DNA from: Octopus vulgaris
Taxonomy: Eukaryota
DNA: 64,000 nt
NCBI GenBank assembly: GCA_951406725.2
Contig: OX597818.1
Span: forward strand, 25,172,001-25,236,000
Direction of reading: 5' to 3'
Shown here piece after piece: positions 41,320 to 53,809 of the stretch. The stretch's first letter is position 1. Each line of letters starts with the position of its first letter. The notes under the pieces are model-generated. The model saw only the letters and a program-made list of their open reading frames with translations, was not told where the DNA came from and ran no database searches. A program made the position numbers and the translations under genes.

Positions 41320-42252
41320 TTTGCAGTAGCACTGCTCCAACGCAGGCTGTTGTCAGTGCTCTGCCCTTAACACTATCTCTTTCTTGATAGAGGGCGTAAT
41401 GATACTAAGTTTCGAAACGTTTATTTGTCTGTATGTTCCCCTGTTGGGAATTTTTGAAAGAAAATATTTATATTTTTATTTAGGGTATTATGTATTTTTT
41501 TGGTTTTTTAAACATAAAAAATGCGTATATCTATTACATTAATTGTAACAGTATAAAACAAAATAGTTATAAGTTATCCGTACATTTGCTAAATCTTTAG
41601 TCACAAACTATATCCCACATTCAACGAATTTACGCTCTAATTTTCCAGCATTATATCACATTCTACTTACTAATCATATCTTTATGTTATGATTTACATA
41701 AAAGGCCTTATAAAATATGTTAAACTTTCTAATAATCAAAGCAAACGTTTATTTCCCGTGACCTTTGCAAGCCCTACCTGACGCGTGAGATAGTTGTTGC
41801 TGTTCAGTTTAAACATAGATATATTATCTCTAACTGTATATTTAAATATTTTCCCCCTAAAGATTAAAGGTCAGCAATTCATACTTACAATAAAACCCTA
41901 AATAAAAATTAGTTAAGTTAATCATATCTACTTCTTTCTCCACAACGTGAAAAATAATTTGAAAGTACATTCAGATATTACTCAAAGCTCTATAGAATTG
42001 GGTTGTTTATTAATATCCTGCTTCTTTCAAACAATTGCTAAGCAGGTTCAGAAATGAAAGATTTTAGTGCAGTTGATTAGGTCAACACTGAAAAGAATAT
42101 ACAACAAAGTATGAAATATTATTTGAATCTGGAACATTGAAAGTTGTCTTTTATCTCGTAGTGATTGCTATTGGGTTAATGGGCAACTCTGTCTAACGTC
42201 TTATTGATTTGATCAGCTGCTCCTTTGGGGAATAACTTTCTAAGTACAAAAC

Positions 42253-42403
42253 CAGCACTGGGCAAACTGCAACCTGCGGTACTATCTGAATAGTTCAGCT
42301 AACGAAAACTTACCTAGATTTTTTTTTTTCTAGTTGTGCGGCTTGTCTGATGATAAACCGTGTTTTATGAGGTCCTCTTCTTGATAAAGGTTGATCATGC
42401 CTG
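42253..42403. mobile_element. Degenerate hAT-like MITE
   Basis: TIR-like ends CAGCACTGGGCAAACT / AGGTTGATCATGCCTG with imperfect 8-bp flanking duplication TACAAAAC/TACTAAAT. Confidence 0.5.
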
Positions 42404-43409
42404 TACTAAATGTTTTACCTTGGTAGAACCTATGATTTTTCATACTTTGTTTTTGATATATAATCTATTGGAGAACCCTGTCATTTGTGTGTTATTTTAA
42501 TGAAATTTCATTTCTAATTAGTTACTGGTGATTTCTTGAAGAAAGGGCTTAGGATCTTAAAATACAACATAATTTATACCAGAATTTGAAATCTTCCTTT
42601 GTCCATTACAGAATTGTTATATAAGTTTCTAATACACAATGTTTTGAATACAGAAATTTTAATAGACTAGAATATATCCTAGATATCTAGGATAAAATTA
42701 CAGATGTGATAAGTTTGACTTATTGAATTTTAATGACACTTTTCCCTTGGTAAATCAAAAATTACTGCCATAGTGTCTAACATATTCCAATCAATAATTA
42801 CTATTGAAGTTTTGTACCATTTTTACCATGTACAGATGAATATAAAGTTTTTATTGGACTTGCATCTATTAGTCTGAAGTACATGACTCAGTTCTAAATT
42901 ATTGTTAGAAATTTTTTATTTTAGGAATTTCAGTTTTTCAGTTATTTAAAAATTTGAATGTTCTTACCTTTCAATTTTCTTGTAAAATGATGTAGGCAAA
43001 TATTTACAAAATTGCAAGAATGATATGCATGTTATTTTGAATTTCAGCTTGTGCAGTTTATTTTAAAATTGCATACAAAGCATTGTAATATTCAAAAAGT
43101 TGACATATGTATGTTAATTTTTAGAGCAAAGGTTTTCTAATCAAATAGATGTCATAAGAGGTTCCTAGATGGTTTTTGCAGTTTTCATATTCTGTCATTA
43201 GTTTGGCATTGTACCTCTTAACTCTCTCTTAGTTCACTTTTCTGAAAATTTTATAGGAAACACAATCCACAAGGATACTGTAAAGTTGCCACCAAATCCT
43301 TATATAGCTGAGGAATATACAATGAAAATTCACTCCTGCATACTCTCTCCAAGAAAACCAGGAACTAGTTTCAAAAGCCAAATCTTCATTCAGTCTTCTA
43401 TAGCAGAAT

Positions 43410-43767
43410 CAGTCTTCATAGCAGAATCACTACCAGAACTAGAAAAGAAATTTCGGGTGTGGAAGCTAGGTTTAGAATCAAAAGGTCTTAGAGCAAAGAC
43501 CAAAGTTTTAGTAAGTAAGAAGGTGAACTCATCACACACCCCTGCTCGATCTGTAGAAAAGGTGTAGGAAGAAACTCCATAAGATGTACCCAGTGTAAGC
43601 TATGGACGCACAAGAGGTGCAGCAACATCAAAGGAAAATTAACTGAGAAGATAGCTTTCTTGTGTGGCAGATGCACAGGAGCAATAGACACCACAGATAC
43701 TCAGAAAACAGATTCCATCACACTCCAGTGGGAGAAACTAGAAGTAGTTGATAGCTTCCGCTACCTA
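43410..43767 (+). mobile_element. Internal RTE fragment including the PHD finger
   Basis: IAESLPELEKKFRVWK...CTQCKLWTHKRC...CGRC...EVVDSFRYL; homologous to 35335-35710. Confidence 0.85.
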
Positions 43768-43769
43768 CC

Positions 43770-45510
43770 TACTTACTCTATTTCCCACTCCTGGCTGCTG
43801 GCAAAAGTGCCTGTTACCTCAATTACTGCCATTAAGACTGAGGCAGCAATTCTTACACTTGGAACTTAGAGTGGAATGATTTTCTTCCATGTTATAAATA
43901 TTTCAAAGGTAATATTCCAAGGAGATAAGTCTTTCTGTACTTCTGTTCATTTTGTCATTAAATCCATTGTCATTCCTGCAACAAAAATTAAATGGCTACA
44001 TACTAGGGTCTACAACTCCTAGAGATATTAATGTTACCTATAATTTTTTTATGGATGACCTTAAGATTTATGCTAAAAATATTAACAATATCATAAAACT
44101 TGCTGGAATTAATTACATCTTCAGCTGATATAGGAATGGAATTGGGCCAAAAGAAATGTTCATATTTGATTGTTGAGTGTGGAATATCAATGCTCAAACC
44201 CAAAACCTGTGCATCAATGCTCTCACTATCTCTCCTGTCGCACACAAACAATTCTACAAGTACCTAAGCATTGATGAAAATGCATCCTATGACGTTACTG
44301 TGAATAAAGATAGAGTAACCTGAGAATATTATGCCAGACTTAGAAAAATATGGCAGTTGGAACTCTTCTCTTACAACAAGACAATATCCTCCAATGCATT
44401 TGCAGTACCAGTGCTGATTCCAACATTTGAGATACTTCACTGGTCTGTAGAAAAAATCCACTCCATGGACATTAAAATCTACGTGATTCTAACATCAAGT
44501 GGAAATCTCCACAGAAATAGTGATATTGACAGGCACTACTTAAGAATAGGCGAAGGAGGTAGAGGCTCCTATATCAGCTGAAGATGTAATTAATTCTAGC
44601 AAGTTTTATGATATTGTTAATATTTTTAGCATAAATCTTAAGGTCATCCATAAAAAAATTATAGGTAACATTAATATCTCTAGCAGTTGTAGACCCTAGT
44701 ATGTAGCCATTTAATTTTTGTTGCAAGAATGACAATGGATTTAATGACAAAATGAACAGAAGATCAGTGCAGATAGCCTTCAAATGTATAGTCTCGCTCA
44801 GACAGCATTTCCTGAACAACAACAGCAAAATTAAATACATTAACTTAGTGCTGAAAAATGAAGACAATAATGTCATACATATTGGCAGCGAGCTCTTCAG
44901 GAAACATTCTCTTCCTGATGACCTTTCATACAATCCCAAAACGGTTGAACTATTAAACCTCAAAGATCTGGATATGAAATGTACCAAAAGATGACTATGC
45001 ATGGGTTGTTTCTTGAAGACTGGAAGAAGATAATAATATCAACATGAAGTGCAGCCTCTCTTGGACTTGTGACCACTACATCACATCACACTTTAAAGGC
45101 TATGCATTCACAATCTAAGAACAGGAGATTGCTTCAAAATACTGGATAAACTAAAAAGACACTGATATCCTTGAAGCTGTAAGATGCAACTAAAAATGTA
45201 GATTATGTCATATTTCTGTGGATGACATCACACATGATTAGCAGCTGCCTAAAAATGTCACCAAGGTACCACCTCCCTATGTTGCACAATGTTGTCATAA
45301 AAACAATATACAATGCCATTCAGAAAAAAGACTGTCCTGGAATAAATAAAGAGAATCCCCCTGTTACTAAGTATATACACAAACATCAGCACAAAGAATA
45401 CTGGTGGAATATTATCAAAACATCTGTCAAGTGTAAACACAAGAAGCCAGATATTGTTGTTTCGGACAGGCAAGAAAAAGTATGTATTGTCACAGAGGTA
45501 TGCCCATTGT
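43770..45510 (+). mobile_element. Decayed R4/Dong-like RLE non-LTR retrotransposon
   Basis: Broken-frame motifs IFQGD, LFILSLNPLSF, FFMDDLKIYAK, YKYL, NAFAVPVL, GGRG, CRLC..HMISSC, EYWWN, KPDIVV. Confidence 0.75.
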
Positions 45511-46074
45511 TAATGGGGTACATTGAATGGCACTGCTCCCTCATTATACAATGGTGCACCCTCAGTTTCCAAGATACAGTTTACAAAAATCTTTCTGCAA
45601 TATGTCTCTTGAACTCCTGACTGACTTTTCTTCTTAAACCAGAATGAAAAATAATTTTAAAACAATAAACCAGATGAACCAATGAGACTGGTCAAAAATT
45701 ACCCAGGGAAATAATAAAATAGAGGAAGAAGTGATATTGAATGGAAAAAAAAAGGAAAGCAAAACGAAAAACATCAATGACAACACCCACACACACACAA
45801 ACAAGCATATATATTTTTTCATTCTCTTACAATTTATCAATACTGCTTCTGATCCCATCTACACAATCACCTCTTCTTCATCTCTGATATTTAAAACAAT
45901 TCTGAAAGAATGGTCGTAAAAGGTCAAAAATGATTAAGTTGCTTGTTTATGAGGGGGAGGAGTAGTATGAAGTGGAGGAGGAGGAAAAGGACGGCAGGAG
46001 GGGGCTTTAAAAAAATTGAAATTTTGGAAAACTGTTTTTATTGGTTTTTAATCAATCATTAAAACACAATTTTT

Positions 46075-46855
46075 TTTTCATTATCATAGTTTTAAAATAC
46101 TGACAGTCTGAATCAGCCATATGTTTCTGCTAATAATTCCAAAATGATTTTTGAAATTCAAAATCCAAATTCAGAAAGTTTTAAAAATTTGCATTTGCAC
46201 ATAGCCTGTTATTGATTCTGGATCAAAGCACAGCATGTAACTGTTCAGAACTTTTCTTGGTTTTTTGGTATTTTCAGAAAATTTTCTTTGTGAATTTATG
46301 TTCTACAAACTATCTCATAAGATTACGATTAAAATTTTTTCATCGCCACCCCATAAATCTTTGCAAATGCTTAAATTAGACTTAACCCATATCGATTACA
46401 TAGGTATTGGAGAGCCTAAGATTGCTGGGATATATCCATAGTGGTTTTAAAAGCATATGTGAAACATCATTTTGATAGTACACTTTTCTGTTGTTAAATA
46501 TGATTTTTCCTACTCACATGCACACACAAACACACACACAAACTCACTTGGTGCAGAATTTATTTAAATTCAAGCAATGGACTACCGTTAAGCTAAACAA
46601 ACCCCATGTGTTGCTTCTGCATACTCGTTCCATGAAATGTGTTTATGGGGAGAAAAATACTGTAAAACATCAACACATGTCAGAGTGACAGAGAAATGAG
46701 GAAGGTATCAGATGGTCGTGGGATGTACTAGAAACACCAGCTAAATCTCCTAAATCACACACATTTTCATCTGAAAATTATTTGGAAATTATAAACAGAA
46801 ACAAATGGCAGATTCAGACTGTCTATATTTCAAAGCTATGATTTAAAAAAAAAAA
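46075..46855. repeat. Degenerate ~80-bp inverted repeat pair (possible old MITE)
   Basis: CAGTCTGAATCAGCCATATGTTTCTG (~46104) versus CAGAAACAAATGGCAGATTCAGACTG (~46796), with similar flanks. Confidence 0.5.
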
Positions 46856-47214
46856 TTTTTTTAACCCAAATTTTAGGATTTAGAAGAGGAAGGGATGAAT
46901 TAATTAATTTTTTTTTTTTGCATAATCATACAAGATATAGTGTGTAGAACACAAATTTGGAAAAATTTTCTGAAAATACCAAAAAGTTTTGATTGGTTAA
47001 ATAGTGTGTTTCAATCAGAACTCTTCCAATTGACAAAATTGCCAAAAACTTTAAAGTCATACACTTATTTTGAAACTCCACAAATTAGGGCCCACGAAGA
47101 ATATTCTGAAGCACCCCCAGGAACCAAAGTCTGGCAACAGGCCTACATAGGGGTCAGCTGACTTACTGATGTGGATATCTCTTTCAAAATCAAAGAGAAA
47201 AAGAATGATTATAG

Positions 47215-47386
47215 ACAATGGCTTTTAAACCTGATTTTCTCCCCTCCATACACATGCAAGCATGTATCTGACTCATACACTGTTCGCTTTCCAGACATTT
47301 GTACATTACTGCATATACTTTATATGCACTTTTGATACGTTGTGGTGCACCTGAGCACTGTATACAATAATTTCATTATTATTATA
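47215..47386 (+). mobile_element. 3' end of an old CR1-like family with (ATT)n tail
   Basis: GGTGCACCTGAGCACTGTATACAATAA..TTATTATT, shared with 51375-51420 and (minus) 53195-53225. Confidence 0.65.
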
Positions 47387-47629
47387 AACCTCCAGCTACT
47401 ATATCCAAACTATAAGTTTACATTTATACTAATAATACTTAGTGCACTTGGTTTTGTGAGTAAATGCCTAAGTAACAATCTGTGTAAGCTAAGGTTTTCA
47501 GAAAAAGAAATCAACCAATTAACACACACTTTACAAATATAATCTATAAGTGGAACAGTAAAAATATGCAAGACTTTCCTCAAGTTTACAATGTGACATT
47601 GTTTTTGTGCCTTAGCATCACTCAGTAAG

Positions 47630-47957
47630 ACAATCGTCAGTTGTTGCTCTCCAGCTATGTATTTAAGGTTGTATACGGCTATGGTGCATCCACATTTAGA
47701 GGTCGCATCATCAGTCTAGAACCCTTATCTTGCTCAGAATATCAATTTCCTGGAAACGGTTCAGAAATATGCAACCATATGAATACCCACCCTCAGGGAA
47801 CTACCATACTCTAAACATGTTGCTTTCTTGGGCATGGACACATTAAAGCTCCAACATCAGGCAACTGACTTGGTAACACCCACAAGGTTATCCACCATCT
47901 TTCCAACAACAATCTTGGGCACATTTTTGAATTCCATGTCTAACACTCATGAACATG
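47630..47957 (+). mobile_element. Old CR1-like ORF2 fragment (left part, split by an RTE insertion)
   Basis: Degenerate MVHPHLE...NPYL..LETVQKYAT..LPYS..LGMDTLKL..DLV. Confidence 0.65.
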
Positions 47958-47958
47958 T

Positions 47959-50900
47959 ATCATCATCATCATTTAACGTCTGCTTTCCATGCTGGCATGG
48001 GTTGGACAATTTGACTGAGGACTGGCAAGCCAGAAGGCTGCACCAGGCTCCAATCTGATCTGGCAAAGTTTCTACAGCTGGATGCCCTTCCTAATGCCTA
48101 CCACTCCGAGAGTGTAGTGGGTGCTTTTACATGCCACTGGCATGAGGGCCAGTCAGGTGGTACTGGCAATGACCACACTCAAAAGGTGATTTTTATTTGC
48201 CACCTACACAGGAGCCAGTTCAGTGGCACTAGCAGTGACCACTCTCAAATGTTGTTTTTCTTGTGCCACTGGAACATGTGTCGGTAAGGTGACACTGGCA
48301 ATGATCATGCTCAAATGGTGCTTTTTACGTGCTACCGACATGGGAGCCAGTCATTGGCTCTGGCAACAATCACGCTTGGATGGTGCTTTTAACGTTCTAC
48401 TGTCTTTGGCCACGTCAGTGATTTTGATTTCACTTGTCTCAACAGGTCTTCACAATCAAAGTTTATTGTCCAATGAATGAAGGGTACTCATAAGTGGGCT
48501 GGTTATAAACCACAGTTATAGGCCATGGGTTATGGTCTCACTTGGCTTGTCGGGTCTTCTCAAGCACAGCATATCTCCAAAGGTCTCAGTCACTAGTCAT
48601 TGCCTCGGTGAGGCCCAATGTTTGAAGGTCATGCTTCACCACCTCATCCCAGGTCTTCCTGGGTCTATCTCTTCCACAGGTTCCCTCAACAGATAGGGTG
48701 TGACATTTTTTCATACAGCTGTCCTCATCCATTTGCAACACATGACCATACAGGCACACCACATCTGATGTTTCTTAAGTCCAACTTTTCTCTCAGGGCA
48801 CTTACACTCTGTTGTGTATGCACACTGACATTATACATCCAGTGGAGCATACTGGCTTCATTCCTTCCAAGCTTATGCATGTCCTCATCAGTCATGGTCT
48901 ATGTTGCACTGCCATGTAGCATGGCTGTTGATACACATGCGTCATACAGTCTACCTTTTACTCTGAGTGAGAGGCCCTTTTCACCAGCAGAGGTAGGAGC
49001 TCTCTGAACTTATTCTAGCAGCTACGATTTCAGAGTATCTACCCCTACTAGCTACTTGGTTACCTAGGTAATGGAAGCTATCAACTACTTCTAGTTTTTC
49101 TCCCTGGAATGTGGCAGAAGCTGTTCTTTGCATATTTTCAGTGTTTATTGCACCTGAGCATTTGCCACATACAAAAACTATCTTCCCAGTTAGCCTTCCT
49201 TTCATATTGCTGCACCTCTTATGTGTCCAAAACTTACACCGGGTACATCCTATGGAGTTTCTATCTACACCTTTTCTACAGATTGAGCAGGGCCATCCAC
49301 CTGAAGGGATTTGTGGTTTGTCTGCCTTCCTACTTATTAAGACTTTGGTTTTAGCTAGGTTGACTCTAAGGTCCTTCCATTCTAATCTTTGCTTCCACAT
49401 CTGAAACTTCTCCTCTAGTTCTGATAGCGACTCAGCAGTTAGAGCAAGGTCATCAGCATATAGAGGCTCCCAGGAGCATCCTGTCTTGAATTCCTCTGTT
49501 ATTGCCTGGAGAACTATGATGAATAAGAGGGCGCTGAAGACTGCATCCGTGGTGGACGCCTACCCCTATCTGGAATTCTTCACTGTACTTGTTGCCAACC
49601 TTCACCTTACTGACAGCATCTCTGTAAATGGCTTACACAGCTCTCACTAACCACTCATCTATCCCTAGTTTCCTCATTGACCACCAGATAAGGGATCGGG
49701 GGACTCTGTCGAAGGCTTTCTCCACGTCAATGAAAGCCAGGTACAGAGGTTTATCTTTGGTTAGGTATTTCTCCTGCAGCTGTCTTACCAGAAATATAGC
49801 ACACCCAAACTGCATCTCATCTAAACTGACTCTCTCCCTAATTAGTTGGGCTATGACCTTCATTACCTGATCTACCTCCTTGATACCTTTGTAGCAGTTG
49901 ATTATGGTGCTGCTACACTAGTGATTGGGTATGACTCCTTCATGTATCACCTGAGTGACTAAACAGGTGACTAAGCTATAGCTGACAACGCCAGATATTT
50001 TGAGCACCTCTGCGATGATTTCTGATGGGCCGGTGGCTTTCCCTGTCTTCATACCCATTATTGCTTTATCTGCCAAGGTACTGTCAATTCGGATAGCTGG
50101 TCCCTCTGTTGGGTCAGAATTCAGCAGACTCTCTTTCTCTCATTCATTCTCTTTATTTAGCAACCTTTCATAGTGGCGTCTCCAAACCTCTCTCTTTGCA
50201 GCCTCATTTAATGCAAATGAATCATCATCCATGCGGACACATTTCTCTCCTATGACATCACGATTCTCTCTCACACACTGTCTTGCTACTCAAAATACCT
50301 CAAGTCTTTGGTCCTCATGACACAGAACATTGGCAAATTTTTTCTTATCTGTTTTCCCTCTGGCTAAATAAATGTGTCTCCTCGCTTTCCTTCTGATACA
50401 GTTCCCTGCTACCACCATTCTTCCAGTCCTTCCAAGCCCGTTTCTTTTCCCTAATGGCCCTATCAACTACATTGATCCCCCACCACGTTACCTTGAGTTG
50501 AGAGGGGACTTTGCACCATCCACAAATCTGGTCAGTGACCCTCAGCAGGTTGTCCTGTAGAAACCCCCAGTTGTCTTCCACATCATGTGATGCTATATCC
50601 CTCTTTATTTCGTCAAAAGCTTTGAGCAATACGTCTCTAAATCTCTGTCCATTTGCAGGATCTTTAAGCTTCCAGACCCTTCTCCATGCTAGTTGTCTTC
50701 TGGGCATCCATTTAGCCCTGATCCTGAAGTCACTAACTACCAGTCTATGTTGTGGGGTACATTCTTCACCTGGGAAGGTTTTGGCATTTATAAGCAGCTA
50801 TCTTTCCCTTTTTCTGGTGAGGATGTAGTCAATTTGGCTAGTGTGTCTACCAAATTGGTAGGTGACTAGGTAACTGGCAGGTTTCTTGAAGTTAGTATTG

Positions 50901-51118
50901 CAAACCATAAGATCATTTGCATCGCATAACTCCAGCAGCCTGGTTCCCTCCTCATTGCGGGAACCAAAACCATAGCCTCCATGTACGCCCTGGAAGCCCT
51001 CTGCATGTTGTCCAACATGTCCATTGAAGCCACCAGCCACAAAGAGAAGGTCCCTGTCTTTCATCAACAATGTATTCAGCAAGAGGGAGTCATAAAATTA
51101 GTCTTTCTGTCCATCAGG
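47959..51118 (-). mobile_element. Decayed 5'-truncated RTE LINE (partial APE, RT, PHD, 3' UTR)
   Basis: ORF pieces GGFNGHVG, SQIDYIL, AFIDVEKAFDRVPR and WPCSICRK..CTRC..HKRC..CGKC; tail (GAT)n at 47959-47972. Confidence 0.9.
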
Positions 51119-51420
51119 TTGCCCACAGCGCCCATGACTTTTGGAAACCTTTTTTCATGCTCAGAATTGCTGAAGCATGGAATAAACTACTTCCATCAGT
51201 TGTTAGCTGCCAGAACACTACATCCTTCAAAACTTCAATGCTTCCAGACATTTGCCAACAGTACACCTGGTGTCCACCCTACTCACTTTCCTAACAACTC
51301 ATTCACTGTTCATTTGTTGTGCATTATTCTATGTACTGTTCATGCACTTTTAGCTACTTGCTTCTGATGAGTTGTAGCGCACCTGAGCACTGTATACAAT
51401 AAGTTTATTATTGTTGTTAT
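51119..51420 (+). mobile_element. Old CR1-like 3' end (right part)
   Basis: HDFWKPFFMLRIAEAWNKL..SVVS...SFK followed by GCACCTGAGCACTGTATACAATAA tail. Confidence 0.7.
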
Positions 51421-52677
51421 AATTGTGTGTTTGTGCATGCACACACAAGCATACGCGCACGCACGCACACACACACACACATGTATAACAACTTTGGGCA
51501 AATATGTAAGCTACACTAAAATTCTTACACTTCGAACTTATTTGTTATTTGAAAAATACAGTTAACCTACAAATACAACATTCAGTTTGCTTCCTAATTA
51601 TGTTGTTTGCTTAAAGTAAGAAGGGAAAATTCAATTCTCAAAAAAATTTTTTTCTCTCAGTTTATAGAAAATTTTGAGTGTAATGTAAGTAGATTAAAAT
51701 CTAAGTTCTCCTAGTTTCAGTAAATCATTTGGAAGATATACTCTTATAAATATTCTTGTATACTTTAACCCAAAGGCGGATTATTTTGTCCAGCTCAGCG
51801 ATTTCACCTATGTTTATTCGCCGGTTTTACCGTACTCTTAATGTGTATAAATATAAATATAAATCGAGCTAGTAATCAAGATCATATTTATTTGCAGCTT
51901 GGACAGGTCTATTGAAAGGTAAGCATCGTGATTCCATGCAGAGCTCTATAACAGTGTGCAATTAGTTTAATACATTTTATTCTGTTACTTCTCCAAAGTA
52001 TGAATACTGACTTTGAAAGATAGCGATGTCTTGAACAAGGGAAGTAAATCTTATTATATTTAAATTATGTCCCTTCCGCTAATATTCTTCGAATTGAAGC
52101 TATTTGATTATTATTAGAATTACGTTAACTGAAATATAAAAAGCAGGACTTAACTACATGGGTCATGACATCAAACGTTTAAAACAACATGATGTCGTTC
52201 TCCTGAACAGGATAACGACTCTGCTTTCCTCATCCTGCCTGACTAATTAGATTTTCTATTTCTGACTCACAAAATTAATGGCATGAGCACCTATCTGGAC
52301 AAAACAACAGATCCAATACATCTAAATATACAATTTAAAAAAAAATAAGTAATAAAAATAATCTTTCCTATTAGTATGTAACTGAAAACAGTATAACTGA
52401 AAAAAAAACAAAAAAAAACTATGGAACATTTTATAGATTCTATCCACATTATTTCATTAGCAATTTGTTTATATAAATTGAAAAAATTTTAATAGATAGA
52501 TAACTGATTTAAAACGTCAATATACTTATTTTAAAAAATTGCAAACATAATTTTTCTACACTTGAAAGAAAACTCATTAAAGTTGGCATAGAAATATCTA
52601 TGTAAATAAGCTCTAAGGAGAAAATTTAAAATCAAAATGACAGGTCTACTGATCACTTGATTCTCTGCAAAATTCTT

Positions 52678-52910
52678 CATTGTCATTGTCATCATCATTT
52701 AAAATGCAATTTTTGAAGCTTACATGGGTCACACGGAGTATATTTCAGCTGATTTTCTACAGATAAATTCTTTTCTTGACACCAACCCTCAAATGTTTCC
52801 AAGCAAGGTTATACTTCCTCATGCCCAGACATGTTCTGAAAAATATTTGAAATGAATGACACTGCCAGCATTACAGTGACACTCATTTACAATTATCACA
52901 TGATGTCAAG
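52678..52910 (-). mobile_element. Old RTE-tailed SINE-like fragment
   Basis: (ATC)n then TTTAA..CATGGGTC and TTTCTACAG..CTT..CACCAACC, resembling a degenerate RTE terminus. Confidence 0.4.
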
Positions 52911-53194
52911 ACAAGGAGCACAAATTTATATACACCCAAATGCACATCTGACCGTCTGTCTATCTATTTACCTGTCTACCTATCTATCTATATCAATTGA
53001 AGTGTACACTATCATATGTCCATTACAGCCAATCTTACCTATCAGTTTTGTGCCAAGGTTTCAACAGATTGTTGGGAAACAGTCTGATTATGTAACCCTG
53101 TGCTCTTCAGAGGTAGCTGTTATGGAATGAAGTATGATGACTGATGATGATGATATTTATCATCATCATCATTTAATGTTTATTTTTCATTGAG

Positions 53195-53660
53195 CTTATT
53201 ATATATAGTGCTCAGGTGCACTACTTCTCATTAGAAAATGTTAAAACAGAGAACAAAACAGAAAGCAGACTTATAAATCAAGCAAAGAAAGACAGCAATG
53301 ATGTATGTGCACAGCATATAGAATAAAACACAGAAAGATAGAAAAGAGAACATTAAGAGTGTTATAAGATGTGCGTATAGACATCAGGAATAGGGTTGGT
53401 GTATTCAAGGAAGCATGGAATTCTTGAAGGATGCAGTATTGTGACTGTTAATAACTGATGTGAGCAGTTTATTCCATGCTTCTACAATTCTAAGTGTAAA
53501 AAGTATGTTTCCGAATGTTATGGGTACTGTGCAGTTTTTTTAGATTTTTCATAAGTATGTTTACAAGTGGTAGAGGTATTGAATTCAAAAAGGTTACCAA
53601 AGTTGTTCTTCAAAAGCTAGTGAATGATCTTGTTGGTTTCTACCCAGCCAGCTGCTAGTG
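53195..53660 (-). mobile_element. Old CR1-like 3' fragment
   Basis: Reverse-complement similarity to 51119-51420 (AGTGCTCAGGTGCAC; GTTTATTCCATGCTTC). Confidence 0.65.
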
Positions 53661-53809
53661 TGAAGAACAGCAAAAAAATGTTAAAACTTGAAAACTAGAG
53701 TGAAAAACTCTAAAGAATGACATGAAGGAAACTAAAACACTAGTTGCAGAAATTTTAAAGCTTATAAACCTCTTGTCTTGTTAAAAAAAAACACAATTTT
53801 CTTTTTTAC

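Noticed and set aside
45831-45901. Minus-strand exon-like segment (TTTCAG ... GTAAGA)
   Set aside because: Stops in all three frames; it could be a noncoding exon but there is no support.
51898-51918. Possible 21-nt plus-strand microexon (TTTGCAG|...|GTAAGC)
   Set aside because: Splice-like signals only; no partner exons or protein identity, so it needs RNA-seq.
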